IMG/VR virus record: IMGVR_UViG_3300031963_000013 | Reading direction: 5' to 3' (one strand) | Source: a virus | Length of the DNA: 64,000 bases | Shown here: one piece after another, positions 40,364-50,072 of the stretch | Layout of the letters: each line of letters starts with the position of its first letter | Numbering within the stretch: position 1 is the stretch's first letter | Made by a program: the position numbers and the translations under genes | Notes under the pieces: generated by a model | Database searches by the model: none | Told to the model about the DNA's origin: nothing | Seen by the model: only the letters and a program-made list of their open reading frames with translations

Positions 40364-42123
40364 AAGTTAGTGATTTAGTGGCAGAGTTTCTGGTAGAAAA
40401 GAAAATACAGGTTGCTTTTGGAATAATAGGATCTGCAAATTCACACATATTTGATTCAATATCGGATAAAGGTTACACAAAAGTAGTGTACGTTCACCAT
40501 GAGCAAGCAGCAGTGATGGCAGCGGGGTCTTACTATAGGGCCACTGGAAAAATATCTGCGGCTATAGTTACTGCTGGAGCCGGATCAGCAAACGCGATAA
40601 CCGGAGTCATTAGTAATTGGGCTGATTCTATACCGTGTTTAGTAATATCAGGACAAGAATCCACAAAATATATAAAAGAGCATGCCAACTTAAGGATGAT
40701 TGGAACTCAAGGTTTTGATGTAGTTGAGATGGTTAAACGCGTTACAAAGTATGCTAAGACTGTTATAGATAAGAATGAAATAGTCAAGTGTCTTAACGAA
40801 GCATGTAGTTTTGCGCTTAGTGATAGACACGGTCCTTCATGGATAGATGTTCCTTTTGATATACAAAGTGCATTTGTAAATAAAGAAGAACTTGAAGTGT
40901 TTGAAGAACCCAAATCAGATCTTACAGCTGTAAGCGTTAAAGAATTACTAGATTTGTTAAAAACCTCAAAAAGACCAGTAATATTAGGAGGATACGGCAT
41001 AAAGGCGTCAAATAGTCAAAAAGAATTCGATAGTCTAGTAAGATCATACAAAATACCCGTCTTACTATCTTGGTCAGCTATAGACGTACTATCCCACGAT
41101 CACCCGTATAACTTCGGAACTTCTGGACTTTACGGACAGAGGCGAGCTAACTTCATATTACAGAATTGTGATCTATTGATAGTGCTTGGTAGTAGATTGG
41201 CTTTACCTCAAACGGGATACAACATAGATAACTTTGCACCAAACGCAAAAATTATTATGGTTAACAACGACCGAAATGAATTAGATAAGTACGCAAATAG
41301 ATACGACATAAAGATACCATTCGACGTTAAGCAAATAATCTCATGTCTTTTAGCGATTAAGTATGATAATAACATCTCAGAATGGTATGACAGGTGCGTA
41401 AAGTATAATTTAGATTTTCCAATAATAGAGGAGACCCACAAAATAGATAACGAGAGTTTTGATAATTCGTACGTGTTGATTAACAAACTCTCTGATTTGA
41501 TGTGTAAAAACGACATCCTTGTCATCGGTCAGGGAACTCCTTTACCGTGTGCACACCAAGCTTTCAAAATAAAAGAAGATCAGATAGCTTTTGCATCCAA
41601 CGGTTTGGGAGAAATGGGACACGGATTACCATCAGCAGTAGGTGCAGCTTTAAGCGGAAAAAAAGCCGTGTTACTAGATGGAGATGGAAGCATGATGATG
41701 AATTTACAAGAGCTACAAACAGTGGTAGGGTATAATCTTCCTATAAAAATAATAGTGTTTAACAATGAGGGATACTTATTCATCAAGCACACTCAAAAAA
41801 TGCTTTTTAATGGGAGATACACAGGCGTTGATTTAAACACTGGGGTCACTTTACCGAAGTTCGAGAAGATAGCAAATGCGTTTGGTATACCGTACTTTGA
41901 CTCTAAATCATCTTCTTTAGAGGATTTCATAAACCACGATGGATATGCCATATACGAGTGCCACATGAATCCAGAGCAAGATTTGATACCAAAAGTAAAA
42001 GGCGTTCCCGTAGCAGACGCTATATTGGCACCTCCGTTAGAAGAGATGTCACCCCTATTAACAATACAAGAGATAGAGAATAATATGATAAACATTAATG
42101 CACTTTCTTATAAATTAAGATGA
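40357..42123 (+). CDS. ThDP-dependent acetolactate-synthase-like enzyme (YerE-like)
   Basis: HHEQAA, ISGQ, GSRL, GDGSMMMNLQEL...NN; located in a deoxysugar cluster. Confidence 0.85.
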   Translation: MVKVSDLVAEFLVEKKIQVAFGIIGSANSHIFDSISDKGYTKVVYVHHEQAAVMAAGSYYRATGKISAAIVTAGAGSANAITGVISNWADSIPCLVISGQESTKYIKEHANLRMIGTQGFDVVEMVKRVTKYAKTVIDKNEIVKCLNEACSFALSDRHGPSWIDVPFDIQSAFVNKEELEVFEEPKSDLTAVSVKELLDLLKTSKRPVILGGYGIKASNSQKEFDSLVRSYKIPVLLSWSAIDVLSHDHPYNFGTSGLYGQRRANFILQNCDLLIVLGSRLALPQTGYNIDNFAPNAKIIMVNNDRNELDKYANRYDIKIPFDVKQIISCLLAIKYDNNISEWYDRCVKYNLDFPIIEETHKIDNESFDNSYVLINKLSDLMCKNDILVIGQGTPLPCAHQAFKIKEDQIAFASNGLGEMGHGLPSAVGAALSGKKAVLLDGDGSMMMNLQELQTVVGYNLPIKIIVFNNEGYLFIKHTQKMLFNGRYTGVDLNTGVTLPKFEKIANAFGIPYFDSKSSSLEDFINHDGYAIYECHMNPEQDLIPKVKGVPVADAILAPPLEEMSPLLTIQEIENNMININALSYKLR

Positions 42124-42824
42124 TAGACTTAACACTACAAACAATACCATCGCCATTAGTATCTGAATTGCTTACACACTCTAATTTAGACGGAGTTCTT
42201 TTGGATACTGAGCATGGACACTTTAACAACGAGACTCTTTACTCGTGTATACAGGTAATTACTTTAAGCCATAAAAAGTGTTTTGTACGATTTACAGATC
42301 TAAATAAACAATTGGTGAGAATGTGTTTGGATGCTGGCGTTGATGGAGTCGTATTTTCTACTGTTAATGACTACGTGTACGCGAAAGAAATAATAGAATA
42401 CTGCAAATACCCTAATCAAGGAGGAAACAGAGGAATAGGACTTGTGAGAGAAAATGGATGGGGCAAACACAAGTTGGGTAACAATAAACCAACAATAATA
42501 ATTCAAGTAGAAACAGCAAAAGCGATTGGTAATATACATGAACTATTAAAGTTATCTTCAGAAGTAGATTATTATTTAGTTGGACCATACGATATATCTT
42601 CAAGTCTCCTAAAACCAGGAGAATTTGAAGATGAAAACTTTGTGAATAAAATGGACTTGATTTATAAATGTATTCCGATAAGCAAATTAGGTTTATTTTT
42701 ACCAACCAAACAAGACATAGAAAGATTTAGAAAGCAAAAAAAAGATAGACCGAATTTATTAATTTGGGGAATGGACACGGACTTTATTTTACAATCCTTA
42801 AAAGATATACAAAATGGTAATTGA
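42120..42824 (+). CDS. HpcH/HpaI aldolase family protein
   Basis: DTEHG, LDAGVDG, G.RG.G, QVET, VGPYD. Confidence 0.85.
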   Translation: MIDLTLQTIPSPLVSELLTHSNLDGVLLDTEHGHFNNETLYSCIQVITLSHKKCFVRFTDLNKQLVRMCLDAGVDGVVFSTVNDYVYAKEIIEYCKYPNQGGNRGIGLVRENGWGKHKLGNNKPTIIIQVETAKAIGNIHELLKLSSEVDYYLVGPYDISSSLLKPGEFEDENFVNKMDLIYKCIPISKLGLFLPTKQDIERFRKQKKDRPNLLIWGMDTDFILQSLKDIQNGN

Positions 42825-43569
42825 TTTAAAACAAAGCTTAGATAACTTAGGCAAAAATTGGGACGTCATAGGCATGAAACAATCTTTCGAAGACGAAGGT
42901 GTTTTACTGAATGACGTTGTTGCATTTAAAAGAGTAACAGAAATATGCGGACTACAATCTTTTGTAAAGATAGGTGGATGCGAAGCTAAGAGCGATCTTT
43001 ATAATTGCATAAGGATGGGCATAAACGGAATAATAGCGCCTATGGTAGAAACGCCTTTTGCTTTAGACAAGTTTATAACAATGATGAAAGATTATCCAAA
43101 CAGAGCCGATTCTTATATTGTTATAGAAAGCAAAACTGCCTATGAAAACATAGATAGTATACTAGAAAATGGCCGCGGTAACCTGAAAGGGATAATTGTT
43201 GGCAGATCAGACTTTTCTAAGTCATATAATCTAAATAAGTCAGAGGTAGACAGCGGTTTCATATACGACAAGGTAGAAGACATATTGACAAAGGCAAAAA
43301 AGTATAATTATATGACTACCATGGGAGGTAACGTATCAACAAGAAGTACTAAATTTATAAAAGATGCTTTCTCAAAAGGTTTGTTAGATAGAATAGAAAC
43401 AAGAAACGTTGTTATAGGTTTAAATAAATCTAACATAGTCAACATAGATAATAACATACAAAAAGCTCTTGACTTTGAAATAGAGTGGTTACAATATAAA
43501 TTATCAATATCATCGAAGCTTAGCGCCGATTATTCAGAAAGAATAGGTTTATTAAAAAATAGAAAGTAA
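42814..43569 (+). CDS. HpcH/citrate-lyase-like TIM-barrel protein
   Basis: KIGGCEA, IAPMVET, VIES, VGRSD. Confidence 0.7.
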   Translation: MVIDLKQSLDNLGKNWDVIGMKQSFEDEGVLLNDVVAFKRVTEICGLQSFVKIGGCEAKSDLYNCIRMGINGIIAPMVETPFALDKFITMMKDYPNRADSYIVIESKTAYENIDSILENGRGNLKGIIVGRSDFSKSYNLNKSEVDSGFIYDKVEDILTKAKKYNYMTTMGGNVSTRSTKFIKDAFSKGLLDRIETRNVVIGLNKSNIVNIDNNIQKALDFEIEWLQYKLSISSKLSADYSERIGLLKNRK

Positions 43570-43570
43570 A

Positions 43571-44731
43571 ATGCAAGAAAGATACAGCACGCTTCAAAGA
43601 TTATTAAACGAAGAGAAATGTTTTAAACTTATTTGCGGAGCGGGAAATGAAGATAAGCATCACGTTAAAAAACTAGCGTTTGTGTATACATTAGCAGGCG
43701 CTAAAGTCTTGGACGTTTCAGCTAATGTTGAGGTTGTTAAATACGCAGGACAGGGCATAGACATGGCCTTCCAATACGCAAATAAGCTAGGCATAACTCT
43801 AACAACAAGACCTTTTATTATGGTTAGTATAGGAATGCCTGGCGATCATCATGTTAGAAAGTCTTATATAGATCCTAACACTTGTGTATCTTGCGGCCTG
43901 TGCGCTCCCGTGTGTCCCACAAACGCAATACCATTTGGCTTTGAAAAGAATCTCGAACACTACATAAATCTTGGAGGTAGTTATGAAGTAGAAGATCAAA
44001 GTAAAGAGATAGTGATAAAAGATTTGTGTATTGGTTGTGGAAAGTGTAGTAATATATGTCCAAAGGATTATATAATATCGTATAGACATAACGAAAGACA
44101 GCTGAGAGAGTTACTCCCTAAATGTATGGAAGCGGGAGCAGAAACGTTTGAATTACATGCTGCTGTTGGAGAAGACGAGATTACACTTAAGGAGTGGCAA
44201 TTAATAAGTGAAATAAATCCGAACAACTTTAATTCTATGTGTTTGGATCGATTGAACTTGGGGAATTTGAATTTAGAACACAGAATAGAAGAGGCAAAAA
44301 GAATATCAAACAACAAGATTATCATTCAAGCTGATGGATATCCCATGAGTGGAGGAGCAGATGATTATAACACAACGCTTCAAGCTATATCTACTGCAGA
44401 CGTTATAAATAAAAAGTTTAATATTAGATTAGACAAAAAATCAGTTAAAAAGGATGGAGACAAAGTTATAACAAATAAAGTTTATAGAGCTCACGGTCAC
44501 CATCAAGGAGTTTATATAGTCTTATCAGGAGGTACAAATTCTCATAGCAAAAAATTATCAGAACTCGTTGGTGTTAGATGTAATGGAATAGCTATAGGTA
44601 CATTTGCAAGAAATATTATCGAACAGTACATAGACGATGTAAACTTTTACGAAGACGATAATCTAATAAAATCAGCTTACAAAATAGCAAAAAAATTAGT
44701 AACAGAAAATATAGGAGAGATATATGAATAA
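43571..44731 (+). CDS. LdpA-like iron-sulfur protein (two 4Fe-4S motifs)
   Basis: FKLICGAG, DHHVRK, CVSCGLCAPVCP, CIGCGKCSNICP, ELH, QADGYPMSG, SGGTN. Confidence 0.75.
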   Translation: MQERYSTLQRLLNEEKCFKLICGAGNEDKHHVKKLAFVYTLAGAKVLDVSANVEVVKYAGQGIDMAFQYANKLGITLTTRPFIMVSIGMPGDHHVRKSYIDPNTCVSCGLCAPVCPTNAIPFGFEKNLEHYINLGGSYEVEDQSKEIVIKDLCIGCGKCSNICPKDYIISYRHNERQLRELLPKCMEAGAETFELHAAVGEDEITLKEWQLISEINPNNFNSMCLDRLNLGNLNLEHRIEEAKRISNNKIIIQADGYPMSGGADDYNTTLQAISTADVINKKFNIRLDKKSVKKDGDKVITNKVYRAHGHHQGVYIVLSGGTNSHSKKLSELVGVRCNGIAIGTFARNIIEQYIDDVNFYEDDNLIKSAYKIAKKLVTENIGEIYE

Positions 44732-45101
44732 GATTTATAAAATAGCGGTAGACTTTGACGGAACGTTGTGTGAATACGCTTTTCCAAAAATAGGAGAACA
44801 GAAGGATCATCACATAAAGCTAATGAAAATTCTTATAGAATTAAGAAAAAAAGGGCATAAATTAATACTGTGGACGAATAGAGGCGATAATGAACAGTAT
44901 CCTGTCTTGAGTGAAGCTATCGAGTGGTGTAAAAATCGTGGATTAGAATTTGATGCAATTAATCAAAATCTGCAAGATCAAGTAAAATTATCGGGGCCTA
45001 GTCCCAAAATTATGGCGGACTATTATATAGATGACAAAGCTTTACAATTCAGCGATGAGGAAACCAAAATAAAAACAATAGAAGTTTTATCTACTCTATG
45101 A
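44724..45101 (+). CDS. HAD-superfamily phosphatase
   Basis: AVDFDGT, LWT.R, K..ADYYIDD. Confidence 0.85.
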   Translation: MNKIYKIAVDFDGTLCEYAFPKIGEQKDHHIKLMKILIELRKKGHKLILWTNRGDNEQYPVLSEAIEWCKNRGLEFDAINQNLQDQVKLSGPSPKIMADYYIDDKALQFSDEETKIKTIEVLSTL

Positions 45102-46018
45102 ATATCATTATAACTGGGGGGAACGGTTTTTTGGGATCTAGCATTGTCAGAAAATTTTTAAACAGTAATCATAACGTACTTGTGTTTTCTAAAAACTCAA
45201 ATAACATATCAGATATATTACACAAGATAAAGTATATACAATCAGACAATGATGATCTTATTTTACACAAAGATGCCATAAGCACTTTTCAACCACACGT
45301 AGTAGTTCATTGCGGTTGGTTCGGGGGAAATAGCCACGCTGACATTAACGATATGAATCAGTTCCATCGTAATGTACCATCAAGCATAAAACTAATAGAA
45401 ATTATAAACGAATTAGAAAACAAGCCAATGTTTGTGGGTTTTGGAAGCTTTGCTGAAAATGGAAAAATGCGATATCAAATAAGCGAACAAGATTCAGAAA
45501 ATCCAACCAATTTATATGGACTTTCAAAGTTAACTTTTAAGAATTATAGTAAAATGCTCTGTGATTCATATGGAATAGATTGGACTTGGATAAAACCCTG
45601 TTACATATACGGACCGAATGATGTTAAGACCAGACTAATACCGAGACTGATTAGTAAGTTTATAAAACACGAAGACGTAGTATTAGATGAATGTAAGTCT
45701 ATCGTTGATTACTTGTACATAGACGATTTCTCAGAGTATGTTTACCAACTAATAACAACAAGATGTTTGGGAGTGTACCACTTATGTTCAGGCAATCAAT
45801 ATAAGCTCAGAGATATAGTCGTATTGATAAAAAAACTAACTAACAGTAAGAGTGCTGTAATTTTTGACAAAACTAAAAATAGAGATTCTGCATTTGATTA
45901 CGTGTGCGGAAATAACCATAAACTAAAAAGCGTGTTAAATGTAGAAAATAATGTAAATTTAATAGAAGGAATAAAAAAAACTATAAATTATGAAAGATCT
46001 TGTAGTAATAAAGGATAA
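45098..46018 (+). CDS. NAD-dependent epimerase/reductase (extended SDR)
   Basis: TGGNGFLG, YGLSK, IYGP. Confidence 0.88.
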   Translation: MNIIITGGNGFLGSSIVRKFLNSNHNVLVFSKNSNNISDILHKIKYIQSDNDDLILHKDAISTFQPHVVVHCGWFGGNSHADINDMNQFHRNVPSSIKLIEIINELENKPMFVGFGSFAENGKMRYQISEQDSENPTNLYGLSKLTFKNYSKMLCDSYGIDWTWIKPCYIYGPNDVKTRLIPRLISKFIKHEDVVLDECKSIVDYLYIDDFSEYVYQLITTRCLGVYHLCSGNQYKLRDIVVLIKKLTNSKSAVIFDKTKNRDSAFDYVCGNNHKLKSVLNVENNVNLIEGIKKTINYERSCSNKG

Positions 46019-46637
46019 TAAATGGGTATGGCCAAAGAACGATGTAACTAGTTGGCCCGGTCAAAACGATAGCGTAAATTTAGTAGATTATGTTTTGCCT
46101 TATGTTAAAAACAAAGGTGTCATGGTACAAGCGGGTGGTAACTGTGGATTCATATTAAGCCAATTCGTACCTCACTTTAAAGCAGTATACACATTCGAAC
46201 CAGATCCTGTTAACTTCTATTGTTTGAGTCAAAACGTAACTTCTCCAAATGTCATAAAAATGCAAGCTTGCGTAGGAAACAATAAAAAAACCGTACAGAC
46301 ACAGCAGCTGATTAGAGAAGACAAGCCAGTCGATATAGGAGGCGTGCATATTTCTGGAGAGGGTTATACCCCAACCATTAGAGTAGACGATTTGAATTTG
46401 CCAGCTTGTGATCTTATACAGTATGATGTTGAGGGATACGAATTAGAGGCTTTGTTGGGTACCTTAGAAACTATTAAAAAGTATAAACCAACTATATGTT
46501 TAGAATTTTGTGAAAAGTGGTTAAATAGGTATGACACTAATACAGAAAGCGTATTAAGTCTTATGAAAGACTTGGGATATGTTGAGGTTTCTAGTATAAG
46601 AGTTGATAAGATATTTTTACATAAAGATAATTTATAA
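45990..46637 (+). CDS. FkbM-family methyltransferase
   Basis: QAGGNCG, FEPDP.N, DVEGYE. Confidence 0.85.
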   Translation: MKDLVVIKDNKWVWPKNDVTSWPGQNDSVNLVDYVLPYVKNKGVMVQAGGNCGFILSQFVPHFKAVYTFEPDPVNFYCLSQNVTSPNVIKMQACVGNNKKTVQTQQLIREDKPVDIGGVHISGEGYTPTIRVDDLNLPACDLIQYDVEGYELEALLGTLETIKKYKPTICLEFCEKWLNRYDTNTESVLSLMKDLGYVEVSSIRVDKIFLHKDNL

Positions 46638-46638
46638 G

Positions 46639-47925
46639 ATGAATTCAAAAATAACTTTCGCTACAAACACCGGGCCCGGCACTTTAGAATACACTAAACT
46701 ATTATTGAGATCCCTTAAAGAAAACTTAGATAACAAAGAGCACGAGATACTTGTGTTTATAGACTCTGACAACGATGGCACTTTGGATTATTTAAAATCC
46801 ATTAAAAAAGACTTTCATGATTTAAAGATCGTTACTCACAAAGTTAAACCAGTAGTAGGACCAGAAAGAAATTGCAATCTTATCGCAGAACTAGCTAAGC
46901 ATGATATAGTCAGTTATCTCCAAAGCGATATGGTAGTATCAAAACACTACGACACAAACGTGCTAAGTAGTTTAGAAGAAAATACTATAATGAGTTCTAC
47001 AAGAGTAGAACCCCCTCTTCACGAACAATCAGACAAAACTTTTACTGCTAATTTTGGTTTGAATCCAGAAGAGTTCAACATGCGTGCCTTTTTAGAATAC
47101 TCAGAAAAAGTAAAGTCGAACAAAAGCTTAGACTATTTTTTTGCCCCCTATACGTTTCATAAAGACACGTGGAATAAAATGGGTGGATATGACACCGTAT
47201 TCAGAAGATCGAGGTGCGATTCAGATTTAGTGCAAAGGTGCATGCAATTGGGAATAAAATTAAAACAAACATTTTCTGCTAATGTATATCATTTCACGTG
47301 CGTATCTTCTAGAGGCAAAAACTGGTTCGATTCGGAAAACAAAGAAGCTCAGAACAGGGTTTTAATGCAAAACAAAGCAGACATGGTTGAATTAAGAAGA
47401 TTTGTTAGGAAGTGGGGATCTTTTAATCACGGAGAGTCTATATTATTTAAGTACGATATAGACTTATTTATTCACTCTGAAGACGATTCACTACTTAGTT
47501 TAGCTGTAAATTTAGAACCCTATTTTAGTAAGGTGTATTTAATGAATCCTAACCTTTTGGAAAAAGCAAAAAATACGCAGCAAATAGATTTAGAGCATGA
47601 GTACGCAAACAATCTTTACGGATTCTCAAATGAAGATTGGCAAGCATCTAAGAAGTTCTACAACAAAACTGACTACAACCAAATATACAAATTAACTGAC
47701 AGCCACAACAAATACAATGCGTGTTTATACTTACATTCAACAGAAAATTTAGATTATATCTATCAAAACATACAGCATTTACACAAACTAATAGATGAAG
47801 TAGAGGAATTAGGAGATTATGAGTTCGGATCCGCTGTATTATCGATTAAAAACAAAGTGCTTGTTCAAAACGATTTGTGTGTGAAAAATCCAGAATTTGA
47901 TATGAGCTTATTAACTATCGAATAA
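46639..47925 (+). CDS. Glycosyltransferase family 2
   Basis: FIDSDNDGT, QSDM, GGYD..F, DSD, YHF. Confidence 0.75.
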   Translation: MNSKITFATNTGPGTLEYTKLLLRSLKENLDNKEHEILVFIDSDNDGTLDYLKSIKKDFHDLKIVTHKVKPVVGPERNCNLIAELAKHDIVSYLQSDMVVSKHYDTNVLSSLEENTIMSSTRVEPPLHEQSDKTFTANFGLNPEEFNMRAFLEYSEKVKSNKSLDYFFAPYTFHKDTWNKMGGYDTVFRRSRCDSDLVQRCMQLGIKLKQTFSANVYHFTCVSSRGKNWFDSENKEAQNRVLMQNKADMVELRRFVRKWGSFNHGESILFKYDIDLFIHSEDDSLLSLAVNLEPYFSKVYLMNPNLLEKAKNTQQIDLEHEYANNLYGFSNEDWQASKKFYNKTDYNQIYKLTDSHNKYNACLYLHSTENLDYIYQNIQHLHKLIDEVEELGDYEFGSAVLSIKNKVLVQNDLCVKNPEFDMSLLTIE

Positions 47926-47952
47926 ACTAAATATTTATATAAAACAATAGAA

Positions 47953-48261
47953 ATGCCAGCAAAACCACAATACCCAATAACCATAGCAGGGAAGAATTTA
48001 ATTCTGCAGTTCGATATATCAGACGCTCCAACAAAATTAGGAATCAACATGCAATTCGTAAGCAAAGAAGATTTTGCAGACGAGAGAGACAAGCAGGATC
48101 TTGCTAATAAATTAAGCGTAGTACTTCAAAAGAAGTTCGGCGATGCTGGGCTAGCTATAGATTACAACGAAAGAAATCCTTATAAAAATGTTATTAGTTA
48201 TATAATTCCTTTGAGCGCTATCTCTAATTTAATTATGAGTACTTTTAAAGGCGTTAAATAA
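47953..48261 (+). CDS. Hypothetical protein
   Basis: TATTTATA at 47932. Confidence 0.6.
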   Translation: MPAKPQYPITIAGKNLILQFDISDAPTKLGINMQFVSKEDFADERDKQDLANKLSVVLQKKFGDAGLAIDYNERNPYKNVISYIIPLSAISNLIMSTFKGVK

Positions 48262-48279
48262 AAAAATAAAAATAGAGTT

Positions 48280-48621
48280 ATGGCAAAAAAAAGAAGGTTA
48301 AGGGCTATAATCGATAATCTACAGCAAGTAACGTCTCTCGATCTGCAAAATTCAGAACAGTTTAACGCGCTTCTGATGAAAGAAACCCCGGAAGCGATTG
48401 CAGACGCCATAAAAAACAAACTGACTTACGCAACTATTTTTGAAATAAACAATACTAATCATTACGTAGAGATACACAAAAGGGACTGGCAGACTGCTCT
48501 TGAAGTGTGTTTAGATCACTACTCGTCGGAGGATCAGGAGGATTACGAAAAGTGCGTAGACATAAAAAAGTTGATAGAGCAAATAAATTCTAAAAAAACA
48601 AAACATCAAGAGAATGCCTGA
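48280..48621 (+). CDS. Hypothetical protein with C-terminal UVR-like helix pair
   Basis: EDYEKCVDIKKLI. Confidence 0.5.
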   Translation: MAKKRRLRAIIDNLQQVTSLDLQNSEQFNALLMKETPEAIADAIKNKLTYATIFEINNTNHYVEIHKRDWQTALEVCLDHYSSEDQEDYEKCVDIKKLIEQINSKKTKHQENA

Positions 48622-49024
48622 AAACTATAAAGAAGTTCAATCGGCAGTTAACGAGCTCCTAAAAGTATCATCAACTGTAAAAAGACGAGTTAAAACCGAA
48701 TCAGAGAAGAAGTTGGATTTTTTTGTTAGTGTTATGAATATGCTAGAAGACATTGAGGCAAGATCCATGATAGCCCAATTTGATTTTGATATAGATCTTT
48801 CTAAGTACGATGAAAAATACATGGACATTATAGATACTTTGTTGTACATATCTTACGGTAAAGAGTGTTACAATTTAATAAGTTTTTATAGGTTTGAAAG
48901 AATAAACCACGCAGATGGATCTATCAATCCAATAATAATAGAAGCCACTGGCGAAGAGGTGTTTTTAGAAAATCCTTACGATCTATACAATATGATGAGA
49001 AGGATCAATTCAAACATTGAGTAA
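48614..49024 (+). CDS. Hypothetical protein
   Basis: 136 aa coupled ORF. Confidence 0.55.
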   Translation: MPENYKEVQSAVNELLKVSSTVKRRVKTESEKKLDFFVSVMNMLEDIEARSMIAQFDFDIDLSKYDEKYMDIIDTLLYISYGKECYNLISFYRFERINHADGSINPIIIEATGEEVFLENPYDLYNMMRRINSNIE

Positions 49025-49025
49025 G

Positions 49026-49760
49026 ATGAACGACAACAATCCACAAAGAAAAGAATGGGTACATCTGGGATTGCAGTTGACAGAGGACCAGATACGAGAA
49101 GCCATGTCGAAAACAACCAGCAATAAAAAGGCCTCACAGTATTTAGACGTATCGTATCCAACCTACAAGAAGTACGCTAAAATGTATAGGGATTGGGACA
49201 CAGGAAAAACCCTTTTCGAGCTACACATGAACGAAGCAATGAAAGGCGTAGTAGGTAGAACTTGGATAGGCGGTAAACCCAGAATGAATTGGGATAACAT
49301 ACTCAGAGAGAATCAGAAGGCCACACCCGAAAGGCTTTTAAAACTCAAACAGAGTCTCATAGATTACAACAAACTCGAGTGCAGGTGTTATAGGTGCAAT
49401 TACAACCAACAAAGGATCGAAGACCACAAAGTTCCTTTGCTTCTGAATTTTAAGAACGGTGATAAAACCAATTGGAAGATGCAAAACATAGAATTCGTGT
49501 GTTACAATTGTGCTTTTGTTTACGCGTTGGACTTTTTCGATGAATCGGTAACCAGAACGGTGGAATCTTACATGATAAACGCGAAACAGGGAAAAAAGGA
49601 AAAGTCAGAGTTTTACCAATTAGACGATTTTTATTTAGACTACATAAAAAAACTGGGCATAGAATTGGATCACCTAAATAAAGATTCAGTTGAGAAAGCA
49701 GACACAATCCAAGTAAGCGAAAGACAGGACGACGTAAATGATCTGATAGATTACTTATAG
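49026..49760 (+). CDS. HTH plus degenerate HNH/Zn-finger protein
   Basis: ASQYLDVSYPTYKKYA (HTH-like); CYRC...LLLNFKNGDKTN...NIEFVCYNC (catalytic His absent). Confidence 0.65.
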   Translation: MNDNNPQRKEWVHLGLQLTEDQIREAMSKTTSNKKASQYLDVSYPTYKKYAKMYRDWDTGKTLFELHMNEAMKGVVGRTWIGGKPRMNWDNILRENQKATPERLLKLKQSLIDYNKLECRCYRCNYNQQRIEDHKVPLLLNFKNGDKTNWKMQNIEFVCYNCAFVYALDFFDESVTRTVESYMINAKQGKKEKSEFYQLDDFYLDYIKKLGIELDHLNKDSVEKADTIQVSERQDDVNDLIDYL

Positions 49761-49861
49761 GGATATACCCAGTGTCACACCACCGCATCATAACTTCAAC
49801 TTTAAACAGTAATTAGTCTCCAAAAGAAAGCTGGCCATGAGCTCCCAAATCACTCAAACGC

Positions 49862-49980
49862 AACTGATTGGAAATCAAAGCTTTGTAACTGATTGAAAAT
49901 CAAGCCTTTGCAACTCGTTGGTTTCCAATGCATATAAACTATTGGTTTCCAAAGCTTTGGGATAACTGATTGGTTTTCAA
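49862..49980. repeat. Five phased ~17-bp units, AACTnnTTG-N5-CAA
   Basis: Units at 49862, 49887, 49912, 49936/7 and 49964. Confidence 0.9.
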
Positions 49981-50072
49981 TCAAGAATTTTAAAAAAAAG
50001 TGCTAAATTATTTTTTTATTTGGGGATAGTTTCGTATATTTACCTTTCTTGTAACAAATCAAATTCAAAGTT

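Noticed and set aside
49862-49980. Mini-CRISPR interpretation of the 17-bp repeats (also 60690-60759)
   Set aside because: Repeats are degenerate and spacers only ~8-11 bp; no cas operon. The Cas4-like nuclease is a common stand-alone phage gene 20 kb away.
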